Below are positions 45,881-55,479 of a stretch of DNA of 64,000 bases, one piece after another. Each line of letters begins with the position of its first letter. Within the stretch, counting starts at the first letter, position 1. The translations under genes were made by a program, and so were the position numbers. The notes beneath the pieces were generated by a model. That model made no database searches, was not told where the DNA came from, and worked only from the letters and a program-made list of their open reading frames with translations. The DNA comes from Chitinophagales bacterium (lineage in GTDB: Bacteria > Bacteroidota > Bacteroidia > Chitinophagales > CAIOSU01): positions 857,363 to 921,362 of the forward strand of contig BPHB01000002.1 of NCBI GenBank assembly GCA_026003335.1, in the 5' to 3' direction.

Positions 45881-46297
45881 TCAGGACAGAATTTTAAAGC
45901 GCATTTCCACGGTTGCCCCGCCATTAGAATATTTCAGATAATCGGAGAGCTGCTTCATCAGAAAGACACCCCTTCCTGTAGATTTATGGAGATTTTCGGG
46001 TGCGGTGGGATCGGGCAGGTTTTCATAGTCAAAACCTTCACCTTCGTCAGCTGCAGTAATAATGATTACTGCACCATCTTTAGTGCCGCTTACCTTCACC
46101 GTTTTGGAGGGATCGTATTTGTTGCCATGCATAATGCAGTTGTTGACGGCTTCTGTCAGGCAAATCAGGATGTTGCCATAGAGTTCATCGGGTATTTCAA
46201 ATTCCCCGCGAAGCTGGTCAACGAAGGATTCTACCTCTGCGATACTGTTGGCATCCGAAGGGATACTTAGCTGAAACTCTTTGCCGATAAGGCTCAT
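45881..46297 (-). CDS. HATPase_c-type anti-sigma regulatory factor-like Ser/Thr kinase
   Basis: N-box LTEAVNNCIMHGN, G1 DEGEGFD, G2 GRGVFLMKQL. I prefer the ATG at 46297 over the track TTG at 46336. Confidence 0.7.
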   Translation of the reverse strand: MSLIGKEFQLSIPSDANSIAEVESFVDQLRGEFEIPDELYGNILICLTEAVNNCIMHGNKYDPSKTVKVSGTKDGAVIIITAADEGEGFDYENLPDPTAPENLHKSTGRGVFLMKQLSDYLKYSNGGATVEMRFKILS

Positions 46298-46372
46298 ATG
46301 TAACCAAAGATAGCTATGATTTGGGTGATTTGACAACGCATGGCATAAACTTTAGCGGAAATTTCCCACAAT

Positions 46373-49300
46373 TCAGAAGGTAATATTTTTAAAATACGAC
46401 TCTATGAGTTGGCGGTAGTAGGGCTTCAGTTTAGGAGGAACGGTTTTATAAAGCTGTATTTCTGCTTCCCGCTGCCGCAGGTATTCTTCCAGGGAAGGGG
46501 GCATCTGACGGGCTATTTCATCCGCAGTTTCTGCCTGACGTTTTTCATCCTGTTCTCTCTCTCGCATGGATTTTTCTACTTCAAGCAGGCGAGTTAAAAT
46601 TTCCTGCTGGCGCATGAGCATCTGTTCGGTAAGTTGCTTATTGTAGAGTTCGGTTTCCGTTTTGTTCATTTCGTCCATAAGCTTATCCAGATTACCCAGG
46701 CTGCCATCGGTGTTTTCTTCCTGGTTGAGTTTACGCAAGGCTTCGCGTATGGCAGCTTGTTTGGCAGCCATTTCAGCAATTTCTTTGCTCATGCCGCCTT
46801 TGCCTCCGGGTTGTTTGCCTTTTTTGAGTTCTTCTTGGAGCTTGCTCATCTGTTCATTGAGCTGCTGCTGCATCTGGCCCAGCTTGGGGGTGGGGGTACC
46901 CTGACCTTTTTTCTGACACATCTGCGTTCCGGACATTCCAGCCGCCATTTGCTGCTGCATCTGTTGCAGACTTTCATCCAGCATGAGTGCCAGATTATTA
47001 AAGCCGGTCATCACATACTGCTGATGCAGGGCTGCATCGCTTTTCTTGCGGTCGGCAAGGTGTACGATGCTTTTTTCAATGTTTTTATAAACATCGGTCA
47101 TCTCCCTGTTAATGAAAGTCTGCAGTTGAAATACCCTTTTGCTGAGGGCATAGAGACTGTCTCTTACAAGGGCAGTTTCGTCCTTTATCTTTTGCTGCAT
47201 TTTTGCCAGATCTACATATTTGGGGTCGTTGATACTGGTTTCGTTGACCAGACGTATAAGCTCTTCCTGGTCAAAGGAAAGCGTGAGGAGGTTGTCCAGC
47301 AGCTGGCGTATGGCGCGCATGTCCATTTCCAATTGTTCCATTTGCATGTTGCCCATCATCTGCGCCAGGGTTTCTGACATCTGGCGCATTTTCTGGGCAG
47401 CATTTTTCTGATTTTCGGATGCCTTTTTGTTTTTATTCTGTTTAATATTTTCGGAGCCTTTCTGCATTTCTTGTCGTGTCTGATCGGCCTGTTGCCGGGT
47501 TTCGTTGAAGTCTTCATTCTGACCCAGCTCCTGGCTCATTTTTTGCAATTCTCCGAGTGTTTGTTGCAGGTTATCAAACTCGGAGTTAAGTTTTTGCTGT
47601 TCCTCTAAAAGCTGGTCATTGGGACGTGATGCATTTTTTGTTTCTTCACTGAGTTGCTCTTGTTTATCTGCAAGTTGCTGCAGTTTGTCGGTTGTTTCGG
47701 CCAGTTTTTGTTCAAATTCAAGTTTTTTGAAAAGCTCCAGCATGCGGTCAAGTTCCTGGCTGAGTTGTTCCTGTGAGAGTTCAAACTCTTTCAGGTTTTC
47801 CATCATCTGGCCAAGGTCCAGTTGTTCCATAAGCGACTGCAGCTTTTCAAACATCTCTTTCATTTCGGGAGAGAGCACTTCATTAAACAGTTCCTGAAGC
47901 TTTTGTTGTTTGAGACGTATTTCCTCGCTTATTTGCTTATATTCCTGCTGTCGGCTCAGGTTATTGCTGAATTTTTCCTGGAGCTGGCGAATGGTTTCTT
48001 CCAGTGTTTGTTGTTGCTTGATCAATTCGGATATTTCCTTTTTATCTTCCCAAGTAAGATTTTTTTTCTGCAACAGCTTTTCCTGGGCTTTTTGAATTTC
48101 ACTGCGTATCTGCCCGGCTTTTGATACAGATTTGTCCAGGTCGCTTTTTATGTTTTCATTGGTCAGTCGTGTTTCTTCTTCCAGTTGCTCCAAGGTAGGC
48201 ATTTTAAATTGCAGGATACTGGACCGGGTTGATTTGCTGCCGTGGATGCCATCGTTGTCCCATACTTCGAAGAAGTAGGTAATGGCTTCACCGGGTTTTA
48301 ATCCGAGCGGCTGCAGGTCCCAAAAGTGTGTAAATTGTGAGATCAGTCCTTTTTTGAATGGCACAGGCACGGCATGATAGACTGCGGTGTCGATGTCGTT
48401 GTCACGAATGATTTTGTATTTCAATTCCAGGCGAGTAAGCCCATAGTCATCGGATGCTTCACCGGTGAAATAAAGATAGCGAAGGGTGGCGGAGTCCTGA
48501 ACCGGCTGCACCGAAAGCGCGGGATACTGATCCGGAATAACTGTAAGCGTGTAGCTGATAGAGTCTGCTCTTTCAATATAGCTGTTGGAAATGGTTATGG
48601 TATAATATCCGCTCTGCTGAAGGGTGCGATTAAGGATAAATAAGTCCTTTCCGGAGCGTTCGGCAAGCTCTTCGTCAGTGAAGCGAAAGGTAAGCTTGTC
48701 CGTATTATTGGTATGTAACTCCCAGCGTGCTTTTGTTCCCAGAGGTACATTTAAATCGCCAATATTTTTCAATACCTCATCCCGCCTGCCGGTATAAGCC
48801 GGATAATCCAGATATACTTCAAAATTCACCACCATGGGTTTAGGGAGGACTTCAATCGTATGGATTTTGGAATCATAGCCTGCAGCGGAAAGCACAAAAT
48901 CCTGGCTTTGCTGCAGATTAACGAACTTGTAGCGATAGGTGCCGGCTGCAAGCTTTTCCATTTTGTAGGCATGTCCTTCTACTTTTATAAAAAGATTATC
49001 CGGCAATACCTCTCCGGTGACTTCAGCCTCCAGGGTAAAGTCTTCAAATTGAATAACGCGCAGTGACGGATTTTTGACCACAAAACGAAAAGGAGCGGGC
49101 TTTTCATAATGGCGGTTCACATGGATGAGGCGGGTAGTACCCTCCTTCAGGATATTGGGTGCACTGAAAAAGATTAAAATAAGTGCCAGCAGGGGAACCA
49201 CCAGATAGCGCAGATATTTCCTGTTGCTCTTCAGGTCAATGGCGGCTGTAAATGGTACCAGTTTAATGCTTTCAATTTTTTGATTTATGCTGGCTTCAAT

Positions 49301-49681
49301 CAAGGTTTTATCCTGAGCCGATTCGGATTGACGCTTAAGCTGCAAAATGTTGAGTAGTCGGTCCTGCACATTCTGAAAATGTGTGCCAATAATGCGGGCT
49401 GCCTGTTCGTGGCTGATGATTTTTCCTAAACGGTAATAATGTAGAAGGGGTAGCCCTACCCACCAGAACAGCACTCCCAGACCACCTGCAATGAAGCCAA
49501 AGAATAAGACCTTTCTGCCCCATACGGGCAAATAAAAGTAGTATTCAATAACATTAAGCAGAAGAAACGCACCCAGAATCAATGCCGATGAGTATATCAG
49601 TCCGCGGAGCAGTTGATTGATGTAGTGCTTGCGGATAAACTCATCCAGCTTCTTTATCAGAAGACTATAATTGTCGGTCAT
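46373..49681 (-). CDS. Large membrane-anchored coiled-coil protein of unknown function (DUF4175-like from memory)
   Basis: 1102 aa with two N-terminal TM helices (LIYSSALILGAFLLLNVIEYYF and VLFFGFIAGGLGVLFWWVGLPLL). The middle is beta-rich. The C-terminal ~600 aa are Q/E/K/L-rich heptad-like sequence. Confidence 0.7.
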   Translation of the reverse strand: MTDNYSLLIKKLDEFIRKHYINQLLRGLIYSSALILGAFLLLNVIEYYFYLPVWGRKVLFFGFIAGGLGVLFWWVGLPLLHYYRLGKIISHEQAARIIGTHFQNVQDRLLNILQLKRQSESAQDKTLIEASINQKIESIKLVPFTAAIDLKSNRKYLRYLVVPLLALILIFFSAPNILKEGTTRLIHVNRHYEKPAPFRFVVKNPSLRVIQFEDFTLEAEVTGEVLPDNLFIKVEGHAYKMEKLAAGTYRYKFVNLQQSQDFVLSAAGYDSKIHTIEVLPKPMVVNFEVYLDYPAYTGRRDEVLKNIGDLNVPLGTKARWELHTNNTDKLTFRFTDEELAERSGKDLFILNRTLQQSGYYTITISNSYIERADSISYTLTVIPDQYPALSVQPVQDSATLRYLYFTGEASDDYGLTRLELKYKIIRDNDIDTAVYHAVPVPFKKGLISQFTHFWDLQPLGLKPGEAITYFFEVWDNDGIHGSKSTRSSILQFKMPTLEQLEEETRLTNENIKSDLDKSVSKAGQIRSEIQKAQEKLLQKKNLTWEDKKEISELIKQQQTLEETIRQLQEKFSNNLSRQQEYKQISEEIRLKQQKLQELFNEVLSPEMKEMFEKLQSLMEQLDLGQMMENLKEFELSQEQLSQELDRMLELFKKLEFEQKLAETTDKLQQLADKQEQLSEETKNASRPNDQLLEEQQKLNSEFDNLQQTLGELQKMSQELGQNEDFNETRQQADQTRQEMQKGSENIKQNKNKKASENQKNAAQKMRQMSETLAQMMGNMQMEQLEMDMRAIRQLLDNLLTLSFDQEELIRLVNETSINDPKYVDLAKMQQKIKDETALVRDSLYALSKRVFQLQTFINREMTDVYKNIEKSIVHLADRKKSDAALHQQYVMTGFNNLALMLDESLQQMQQQMAAGMSGTQMCQKKGQGTPTPKLGQMQQQLNEQMSKLQEELKKGKQPGGKGGMSKEIAEMAAKQAAIREALRKLNQEENTDGSLGNLDKLMDEMNKTETELYNKQLTEQMLMRQQEILTRLLEVEKSMREREQDEKRQAETADEIARQMPPSLEEYLRQREAEIQLYKTVPPKLKPYYRQLIESYFKNITF

Positions 49682-49817
49682 GCCGGTGTTTAATCACTAA
49701 TGAGGTAATAATTCCCCCGGAGTAAAGTTCGCATCAAAAACGTTAAACTGGGCCTATCCATTGTTTTTCTGAAGTTAACCCCTACGGTGCAGAAATTCCA
49801 AGAAAGGGTAAATGCGT

Positions 49818-51668
49818 TCAGTTTGCATCTTGCGGTACAAAATATACCTCCCTGTAGGAGCGGTATTCCATAGCGTTCTGCGGAAAGTTTTTCAGATTGG
49901 GCTGAAGCAGCCGATGATCTTTATAATAGTAAACCGGCATGATGGGGGCATCCTGAATCATTACCTGATCTGCCTGGGCATACAGCTCAAACCGTTTTTT
50001 CTCGTCCACGGTACGGATAGCCAACGTAAAAAGGGAATCATACACAGCGCTGCGATAGCGTACCGAATTGAGGTAAGCTTTGTCATTGGGTTTGGGCGGG
50101 ATATGTGCGCTATAAAAAAGGTTTAAGAAATTTTCAGGGTCAGGATAATCAGCTATCCAGCCCAGGCGCCAGAAACGCGCTTTCCCGGTTTCCAGATTTT
50201 CCAGATGCTGGGCAAAGGGCAGTTTTAAAATGTTGACCCGAATATTCAGATTTTCCATTAACATTTTCTGTATGGCTTCAGCCACCTGTTCGTTGGTGCC
50301 TCCTCCGGAGTTGATTTGTAGCGTCAATTCGGGAAATCCTTTGCCATTAGGGTAACCGGCCCGGGCAAGGTGTTCTCTGGCTTTGACCGGATCATAGGTA
50401 TAACCCTTAACCGCCCCAGCTTGAAATCCCTTTATTGCCGGTGGCACAATACCATGATAAGCCGGAATAGCACACCCTTTCACGGTGTAGTCCACTATCT
50501 TTTGCCGGTCAATGGCATAGTTAAAGGCAATGCGAACATCCCGCCTGGCAAACACCGAATCGGTATTCAGGAAGCCATAATAGAGGGTGGCAAGTGTGGG
50601 GTTTACCTGCAGTTGAAATTTGCGGTATTCGCCCAGCAGATTGCCATTCTGATCAATAATTTCGTCTACCATTTCCAAAGGCAAGCGATACACAAAATCC
50701 AGATCGCCCTTTTTCAGTGCAAGCAGTTCTGATTTTTGCTCTTTAATAAATGTGATTTTTACCCCGTCCAGAAAGGGAAGGCGATTGCCATATTCATCCT
50801 TGCCCCAGTAGTCAGGATTTTTTTCCAGCACAACCACTTCATCATCACGCAATGCTTTAATTCTGAAGGGGCCGGTGCCTACAGCTTTTACGCGCATTTC
50901 CGATCCATACGTCTCCAGGGCTTCCCGGGGAAACACTGCTGTAAAAGGTAAAGCCAAAAGCTGCAGGAACCCCGGGAAAAATTGCTCCAGTTCAATGCTC
51001 AGGGTATAATCATCTATAACCTTAATGCCGGCAACCCGATCCGGCACTGTAGCGATATCTTCAGGATGCTTTGCTTCCAATTCCTTCATACGTGCTACTG
51101 CAGACAAGTAGCTTTCATCCCTGGCATTAGATGGAAAGCGTTCAGCTGTAGCCTTCAGGGATTGATATTCGCGCGACAGATAGTAATGATCCGCTCCTTT
51201 GACCTTATCTTTAAATACCCAGAAACCCTGGTTGTTTACATCGGGGGTGCATAGCATGGTGAAACAATACTCAAAGTCACGGGCGGTTACTTCGCGCCCC
51301 TTGCCTCCGGGGAAACAGGGGTCATCCTGAAATTTCACTCCCCGCATAAGGTGAAAGGTAAACAGCAAGCCGGTACTGTCCATTTCCCATCGTTCAGCCA
51401 GGCAAGGTTTTACAGAGAGGTCGGCCTGGTCAAAACGCACCAGGCCTTCATAAATCTGATTGGTGATGCGATGCCCGCCCACTTCTGTAACATTGAGCGG
51501 GTAAAGACTGCGAAAATATTCTACCTCGTTGCACCGTAATACACCACCATAATATCGCCCTCCTTCAGCAGGAGTTAGGGCAGCATTTTTATTTGCCGAA
51601 GGTGAACAGGCAATGCATAAAAAACAGAAAACAGCCGGTAGAATAATTGTGCAGCGCATGAAAAACAT
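49818..51668 (-). CDS. ABC transporter substrate-binding protein, family 5 (peptide/nickel type), lipoprotein
   Basis: The ATG at 51668 gives MFFMRCTIILPAVFCFLCIACSP (lipobox). The SBP_bac_5-like string is NQIYEGLVRFDQADLSVKPCLAERWE. No cognate permease or ATPase is adjacent. Confidence 0.8.
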   Translation of the reverse strand: MFFMRCTIILPAVFCFLCIACSPSANKNAALTPAEGGRYYGGVLRCNEVEYFRSLYPLNVTEVGGHRITNQIYEGLVRFDQADLSVKPCLAERWEMDSTGLLFTFHLMRGVKFQDDPCFPGGKGREVTARDFEYCFTMLCTPDVNNQGFWVFKDKVKGADHYYLSREYQSLKATAERFPSNARDESYLSAVARMKELEAKHPEDIATVPDRVAGIKVIDDYTLSIELEQFFPGFLQLLALPFTAVFPREALETYGSEMRVKAVGTGPFRIKALRDDEVVVLEKNPDYWGKDEYGNRLPFLDGVKITFIKEQKSELLALKKGDLDFVYRLPLEMVDEIIDQNGNLLGEYRKFQLQVNPTLATLYYGFLNTDSVFARRDVRIAFNYAIDRQKIVDYTVKGCAIPAYHGIVPPAIKGFQAGAVKGYTYDPVKAREHLARAGYPNGKGFPELTLQINSGGGTNEQVAEAIQKMLMENLNIRVNILKLPFAQHLENLETGKARFWRLGWIADYPDPENFLNLFYSAHIPPKPNDKAYLNSVRYRSAVYDSLFTLAIRTVDEKKRFELYAQADQVMIQDAPIMPVYYYKDHRLLQPNLKNFPQNAMEYRSYREVYFVPQDAN

Positions 51669-51809
51669 TTTTTCAAATATACATGAAACTGCACGCAAAC
51701 CTTTACGTCTATAAAGAAGGAAGCCTCATACCGATTAGTTAAATTTATCCGCACATACACGCTATATAAAAAGCCCCGCAGGGATGAAGCCCCGCAATAT
51801 CTATCAGGT

Positions 51810-54299
51810 ATGCTCAAACCAGTAAGCGCTCTTTACTTTATGCTGATATGCATTCCCCTGGTCGGGAAGGCGCAGTTTTATACTATTACCGGGCGCGTTA
51901 CGGACGCTGTATCCCGTGAGCCGGTTCCTTTTGTAAACATCTATCTGAAAGGAAAAAACATAGGTACCGTGTCCGACTTTCAAGGCAACTTTATACTTCA
52001 GACTGCCACATGGGGTGATACTCTGATTGCCTCCAGTATCGGCTACCAGACCGCAAAAAAACCCTTAAGCAGAGCACCTGAACAGGTCATCAACTTCGTT
52101 TTGGAGCGGGCTGATATCAGCCTGCAGGAAATTGAGATTCGCCCGGGAGAGAACCCTGCTCATGTCCTGCTGCGCAAAGTCATTCAGAACAAAGGGAAAA
52201 ACAGCAACAGTGTTTTGGACAACTACAGCTATGAAGCGTATAACAAGGTAGAACTGGACCTGTATGACTGGAATCCGAAGTTTCAGGACAGGCGGGTTAT
52301 GCGTCCGTTTCAGTTCATCTTTGAGAAGGTAGACAGCACTTCCGAAGACAAACCCTTCCTCCCGATTTTCATTACTGAAACCTTGTCAGATTATTACTAC
52401 CGCAGCCGCCCCAAAAAAGAAGAACGGGAAATTATTAAAGCCAGCAAGCAATCAGGGGTAACCAGTGAGAGCCTTTCACAATTCATGGGGTCTATGTATC
52501 AGGAAGTGAGTGTGTATGACAACTGGCCTATTTTGTTTTCTAAAAGCTTTGTCAGCCCCATTAACGATGCAGGCTTGCTTTTTTACAACTATTACCTGGT
52601 GGACAGTGGCTTTATTGACGGCAAATGGTGCTACAAGCTGACGTTCAAACCCAAGGGTAAGGGGTCGTTCACCTTTGTGGGCGACCTCTGGATAGCAGAC
52701 TCTACGTTTGCGGTCAAGCAGGTAAGCATGGAGGCGGCCGAGCATGTGAATGTCAATTTTGTTGACCGCATCAGCATTTTCCAGTCTTATCAACCCGTCA
52801 ACAATACAACGTGGATGATTTCCAAGGACAAAATTGTGGTTCGTTTTAAAGTAACTGACAAAATGCTTGGCATCATCGGACGTAAAACCACATCCTACAG
52901 GAACTATCAAATAAATCGTCCCGACATCGATCAGTTTTTTTACAGTCGTATGGACATTGTAGTGGATGAACAGGCGCTTATAAAAACCGACTCTTTCTGG
53001 GCAGCAGCAAGGCATGAACAATTAAGCGAAAAGGAGCTGGGAGTTTATGCCATGGTAGATTCCATAAAAAACGTAAAAGCTTTTAAGACGTGGGTAGATG
53101 TGTTTCACATGGTATTAACCGGCTATTACCCTATAAAACATATTGAGTTGGGACCTATCCTTTCGGCCTACAGTATGAATGATTTTGACAGGCATCGTTT
53201 TCGCCTGGGCATACGCACAACCAGCAAGCTGACCGATCGATTCCGCATTGGAGCTTATGTTGGCTATGGTTTGGGAGAAGACTGTAGTCTGCGCTGGAAA
53301 TATGGTGGCGAGGTGCTGGGCATCATTCGGAAAGAGCCCCGTCAAATCATCGGAGCTGAGTATATGCATGACATTGACCTGCGTGCGGCAAATCCTGCCC
53401 AGCTTAATGAAGACAATCTTCTTGCCGGCTTGGTCAGAAGAAAAGTGCCGCAAAAACTCGTTTTCACAGATGAAGCCTCTCTGTTTTATGAGAAGGAATG
53501 GCCGGTAGGGTATTCCAACCGCCTTACGTTACGTTACCGTGATCTTCGGCCTCAATTCAATGCTTATTTCCTGGAATCAAAAGGAAATGGTGATGCAGAT
53601 ACGATACAGGACGTTGTTACTCTGGAAGCCACCGTAAAGCTCAGGTTTGCTTACCGCGAAAAATTTCTTGTCGGTGATTTTAACCGCATCAGCCTGGGCA
53701 GCCGCTATCCTCAGCTGTCAATATGGTATACAGCCGCTATCAAAGGCATATTGAACAGCGCCTTCACCTACCACAAGCTAGAGTTTTCTCTGAGCGATGA
53801 CTTTCCGGTTAATCCCATAGGTACCTTTTATTTTACCTTGGTGGGGGGCAAGATTTTCGGCCAGCTACCCCTTCTGCTTCTTCATGCGGCCCCCGGCAAT
53901 GAAACCCACTTTTACAAGCGTCTGGCCTTTAACCTCATGAATGAATACGAATTTGTTTCGGATACGTATGCCTCGCTATTCCTGCGCCATCATTTTGAAG
54001 GTTTTTTTCTGAATAAAATACCCGGAATACGAAAGCTGAAATGGCGGGAACTGATTCTGGTGAATATACACTGGGGATACATGACCGGTGAAAACAAATT
54101 GTCCAATGATCAAAAAGATGGCAGCACAACCTCCCTTCAATTTATTGTTCCTTTCCACAAGCCTTACATAGAAGCAGGGTTTGGCATTGAAAACATCTTT
54201 CAGGTTTTTGAAGTGAATTTTGTATGGCGCGCCACCTATCATAACCATCCTGAGGTAGCCCGCTGGGGTATTTTACTCGGAATGAAGCTGGATTTCTGA
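51810..54299 (+). CDS. Carboxypeptidase-regulatory-like domain plus DUF5686-like outer-membrane-associated protein
   Basis: 829 aa with a signal peptide, then YTITGRVTDAVSREPVPFVNIYLKGKNIGTVSDFQGNF. The remainder is long and beta-rich. The DUF assignment is from memory. Confidence 0.65.
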   Translation: MLKPVSALYFMLICIPLVGKAQFYTITGRVTDAVSREPVPFVNIYLKGKNIGTVSDFQGNFILQTATWGDTLIASSIGYQTAKKPLSRAPEQVINFVLERADISLQEIEIRPGENPAHVLLRKVIQNKGKNSNSVLDNYSYEAYNKVELDLYDWNPKFQDRRVMRPFQFIFEKVDSTSEDKPFLPIFITETLSDYYYRSRPKKEEREIIKASKQSGVTSESLSQFMGSMYQEVSVYDNWPILFSKSFVSPINDAGLLFYNYYLVDSGFIDGKWCYKLTFKPKGKGSFTFVGDLWIADSTFAVKQVSMEAAEHVNVNFVDRISIFQSYQPVNNTTWMISKDKIVVRFKVTDKMLGIIGRKTTSYRNYQINRPDIDQFFYSRMDIVVDEQALIKTDSFWAAARHEQLSEKELGVYAMVDSIKNVKAFKTWVDVFHMVLTGYYPIKHIELGPILSAYSMNDFDRHRFRLGIRTTSKLTDRFRIGAYVGYGLGEDCSLRWKYGGEVLGIIRKEPRQIIGAEYMHDIDLRAANPAQLNEDNLLAGLVRRKVPQKLVFTDEASLFYEKEWPVGYSNRLTLRYRDLRPQFNAYFLESKGNGDADTIQDVVTLEATVKLRFAYREKFLVGDFNRISLGSRYPQLSIWYTAAIKGILNSAFTYHKLEFSLSDDFPVNPIGTFYFTLVGGKIFGQLPLLLLHAAPGNETHFYKRLAFNLMNEYEFVSDTYASLFLRHHFEGFFLNKIPGIRKLKWRELILVNIHWGYMTGENKLSNDQKDGSTTSLQFIVPFHKPYIEAGFGIENIFQVFEVNFVWRATYHNHPEVARWGILLGMKLDF

Positions 54300-54326
54300 C
54301 AGGAGTAATTAATTAATTTTAGCCTT

Positions 54327-54986
54327 ATGAAAAAACCTATCTGTACCATAGTGGGCATGGGGCCGGGTGTCAGCTATGCAGTAGCCAAGCGTTTTGCACG
54401 GGAAGGCTTTGCCATCGCTATGATTGCCCGCAACGCTGCCAAACTGGATAACTACCGGCAACAAATGCAAGCAGCCGGTTTTGAAGCTTATGGTTTTCCT
54501 GCTGATGCCGCGGATTTTACCCAACTGGCCAGCGCTTTCAGACATTTAAAAAGCCAGCTTGGCAACATTGAAGTGTTGGTGTATAATGTTTCAATATTCC
54601 GCGAAGCTGCTCCTACACAGCTAAATCCCGATGTTCTGGTAGAAGATTTTAAAGCGGATGCGGCCGGCCTGCTGGTTGCAGTGCAGCAGGTAGTGGATAC
54701 CATGCGCTCAAGAAAGCAGGGTACCATTTTGATAACCGGAGGGGGGCAGGCCCTGCAGCCTTATTATCTGCTTTCCTCTCTGGCTGCCGGCAAGGCAGCC
54801 CTGCGCGCCCTGAGCTACTGCCTCCATGACGAGCTGAGGTCTTACGGAATTAGAGTAGCCACCATCACCATCAACGGGCAGGTGAGCCCGGGCGGCCGTT
54901 TTGATCCTGATCGTATAAGTGAAACCTACTGGGAGTTGTATACTGCCGGAAGTGAAAGTTTTAAAAAGGAAATTATCTACCAATAA
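54327..54986 (+). CDS. Short-chain dehydrogenase/reductase (SDR) family protein
   Basis: 219 aa with ICTIVGMGPGVSYAVAKRFAREGFAIAMIARN (Rossmann) and a catalytic-region string AAGKAALRAL. Confidence 0.8.
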   Translation: MKKPICTIVGMGPGVSYAVAKRFAREGFAIAMIARNAAKLDNYRQQMQAAGFEAYGFPADAADFTQLASAFRHLKSQLGNIEVLVYNVSIFREAAPTQLNPDVLVEDFKADAAGLLVAVQQVVDTMRSRKQGTILITGGGQALQPYYLLSSLAAGKAALRALSYCLHDELRSYGIRVATITINGQVSPGGRFDPDRISETYWELYTAGSESFKKEIIYQ

Positions 54987-55152
54987 GCCGCAAACCTTAA
55001 CCTGCAGGAGAAAGCAGGATATCCCTGAATCGGTAAAAATCATAATTGCATAGTGACCTAAGTCATTGTATTGCCCGGTATGCTGAATGCATCTTTGTAA
55101 TTGCAGGTTGCAGGACATTTGAATAGTCAGAAGGGGCTATTCAAAGCAGAAA

Positions 55153-55189
55153 GGGCGAATCTCCAGGAGGTTCGCCTTTTTTGTTTTTT
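55153..55189 (+). terminator. Intrinsic terminator (possibly bidirectional)
   Basis: The GGGCGAA (55153-55159) / TTCGCC (55171-55176) stem can extend inward via CT/AG. It is followed by TTTTTTGTTTTTT. The complement gives the same hairpin followed by TTTCTGCTTTG. Confidence 0.6.
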
Positions 55190-55479
55190 ACATCCGGCCA
55201 GATTTCCCTTTTACCAATGGGGTATTACGGTAGCATCCAAATACTTTACTCTCTTGTCCGGGAAGGAAAGAAGATGAGAAACAGCAGAAATGCAACAGAC
55301 AGGACAGAACTGATGACGGTAAGCAGAATGGAATAAACTTTTTTCATGGAGGTAATTTTAAGCTATACGTAAAATAATGACAGGAAAACCGAGAGCAGCG
55401 TTGCATGCAAATTTAGGTTGATTATTTTTTTACTGAATGCATTAAAGAAATTTTAACCAACGCTCAGGGGTGCTTCGTC

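Noticed and set aside
46409-48124. Many plus-strand ORFs, and an apparent tandem-repeat texture at the DNA level (46634-47377, 47619-47897, 47822-48124 and others)
   Set aside because: They arise from the codon monotony of the Q/E/K/L-rich coiled-coil region of the 1102-aa minus-strand protein. I could not trace a fixed repeat unit, so I report neither a DNA repeat nor a gene.
49818-51668. Orphan family-5 substrate-binding protein with no adjacent permease or ATPase
   Set aside because: As I recall, stand-alone SBP_bac_5 lipoproteins are frequent in Bacteroidota. Nothing in the sequence points to a novel role.
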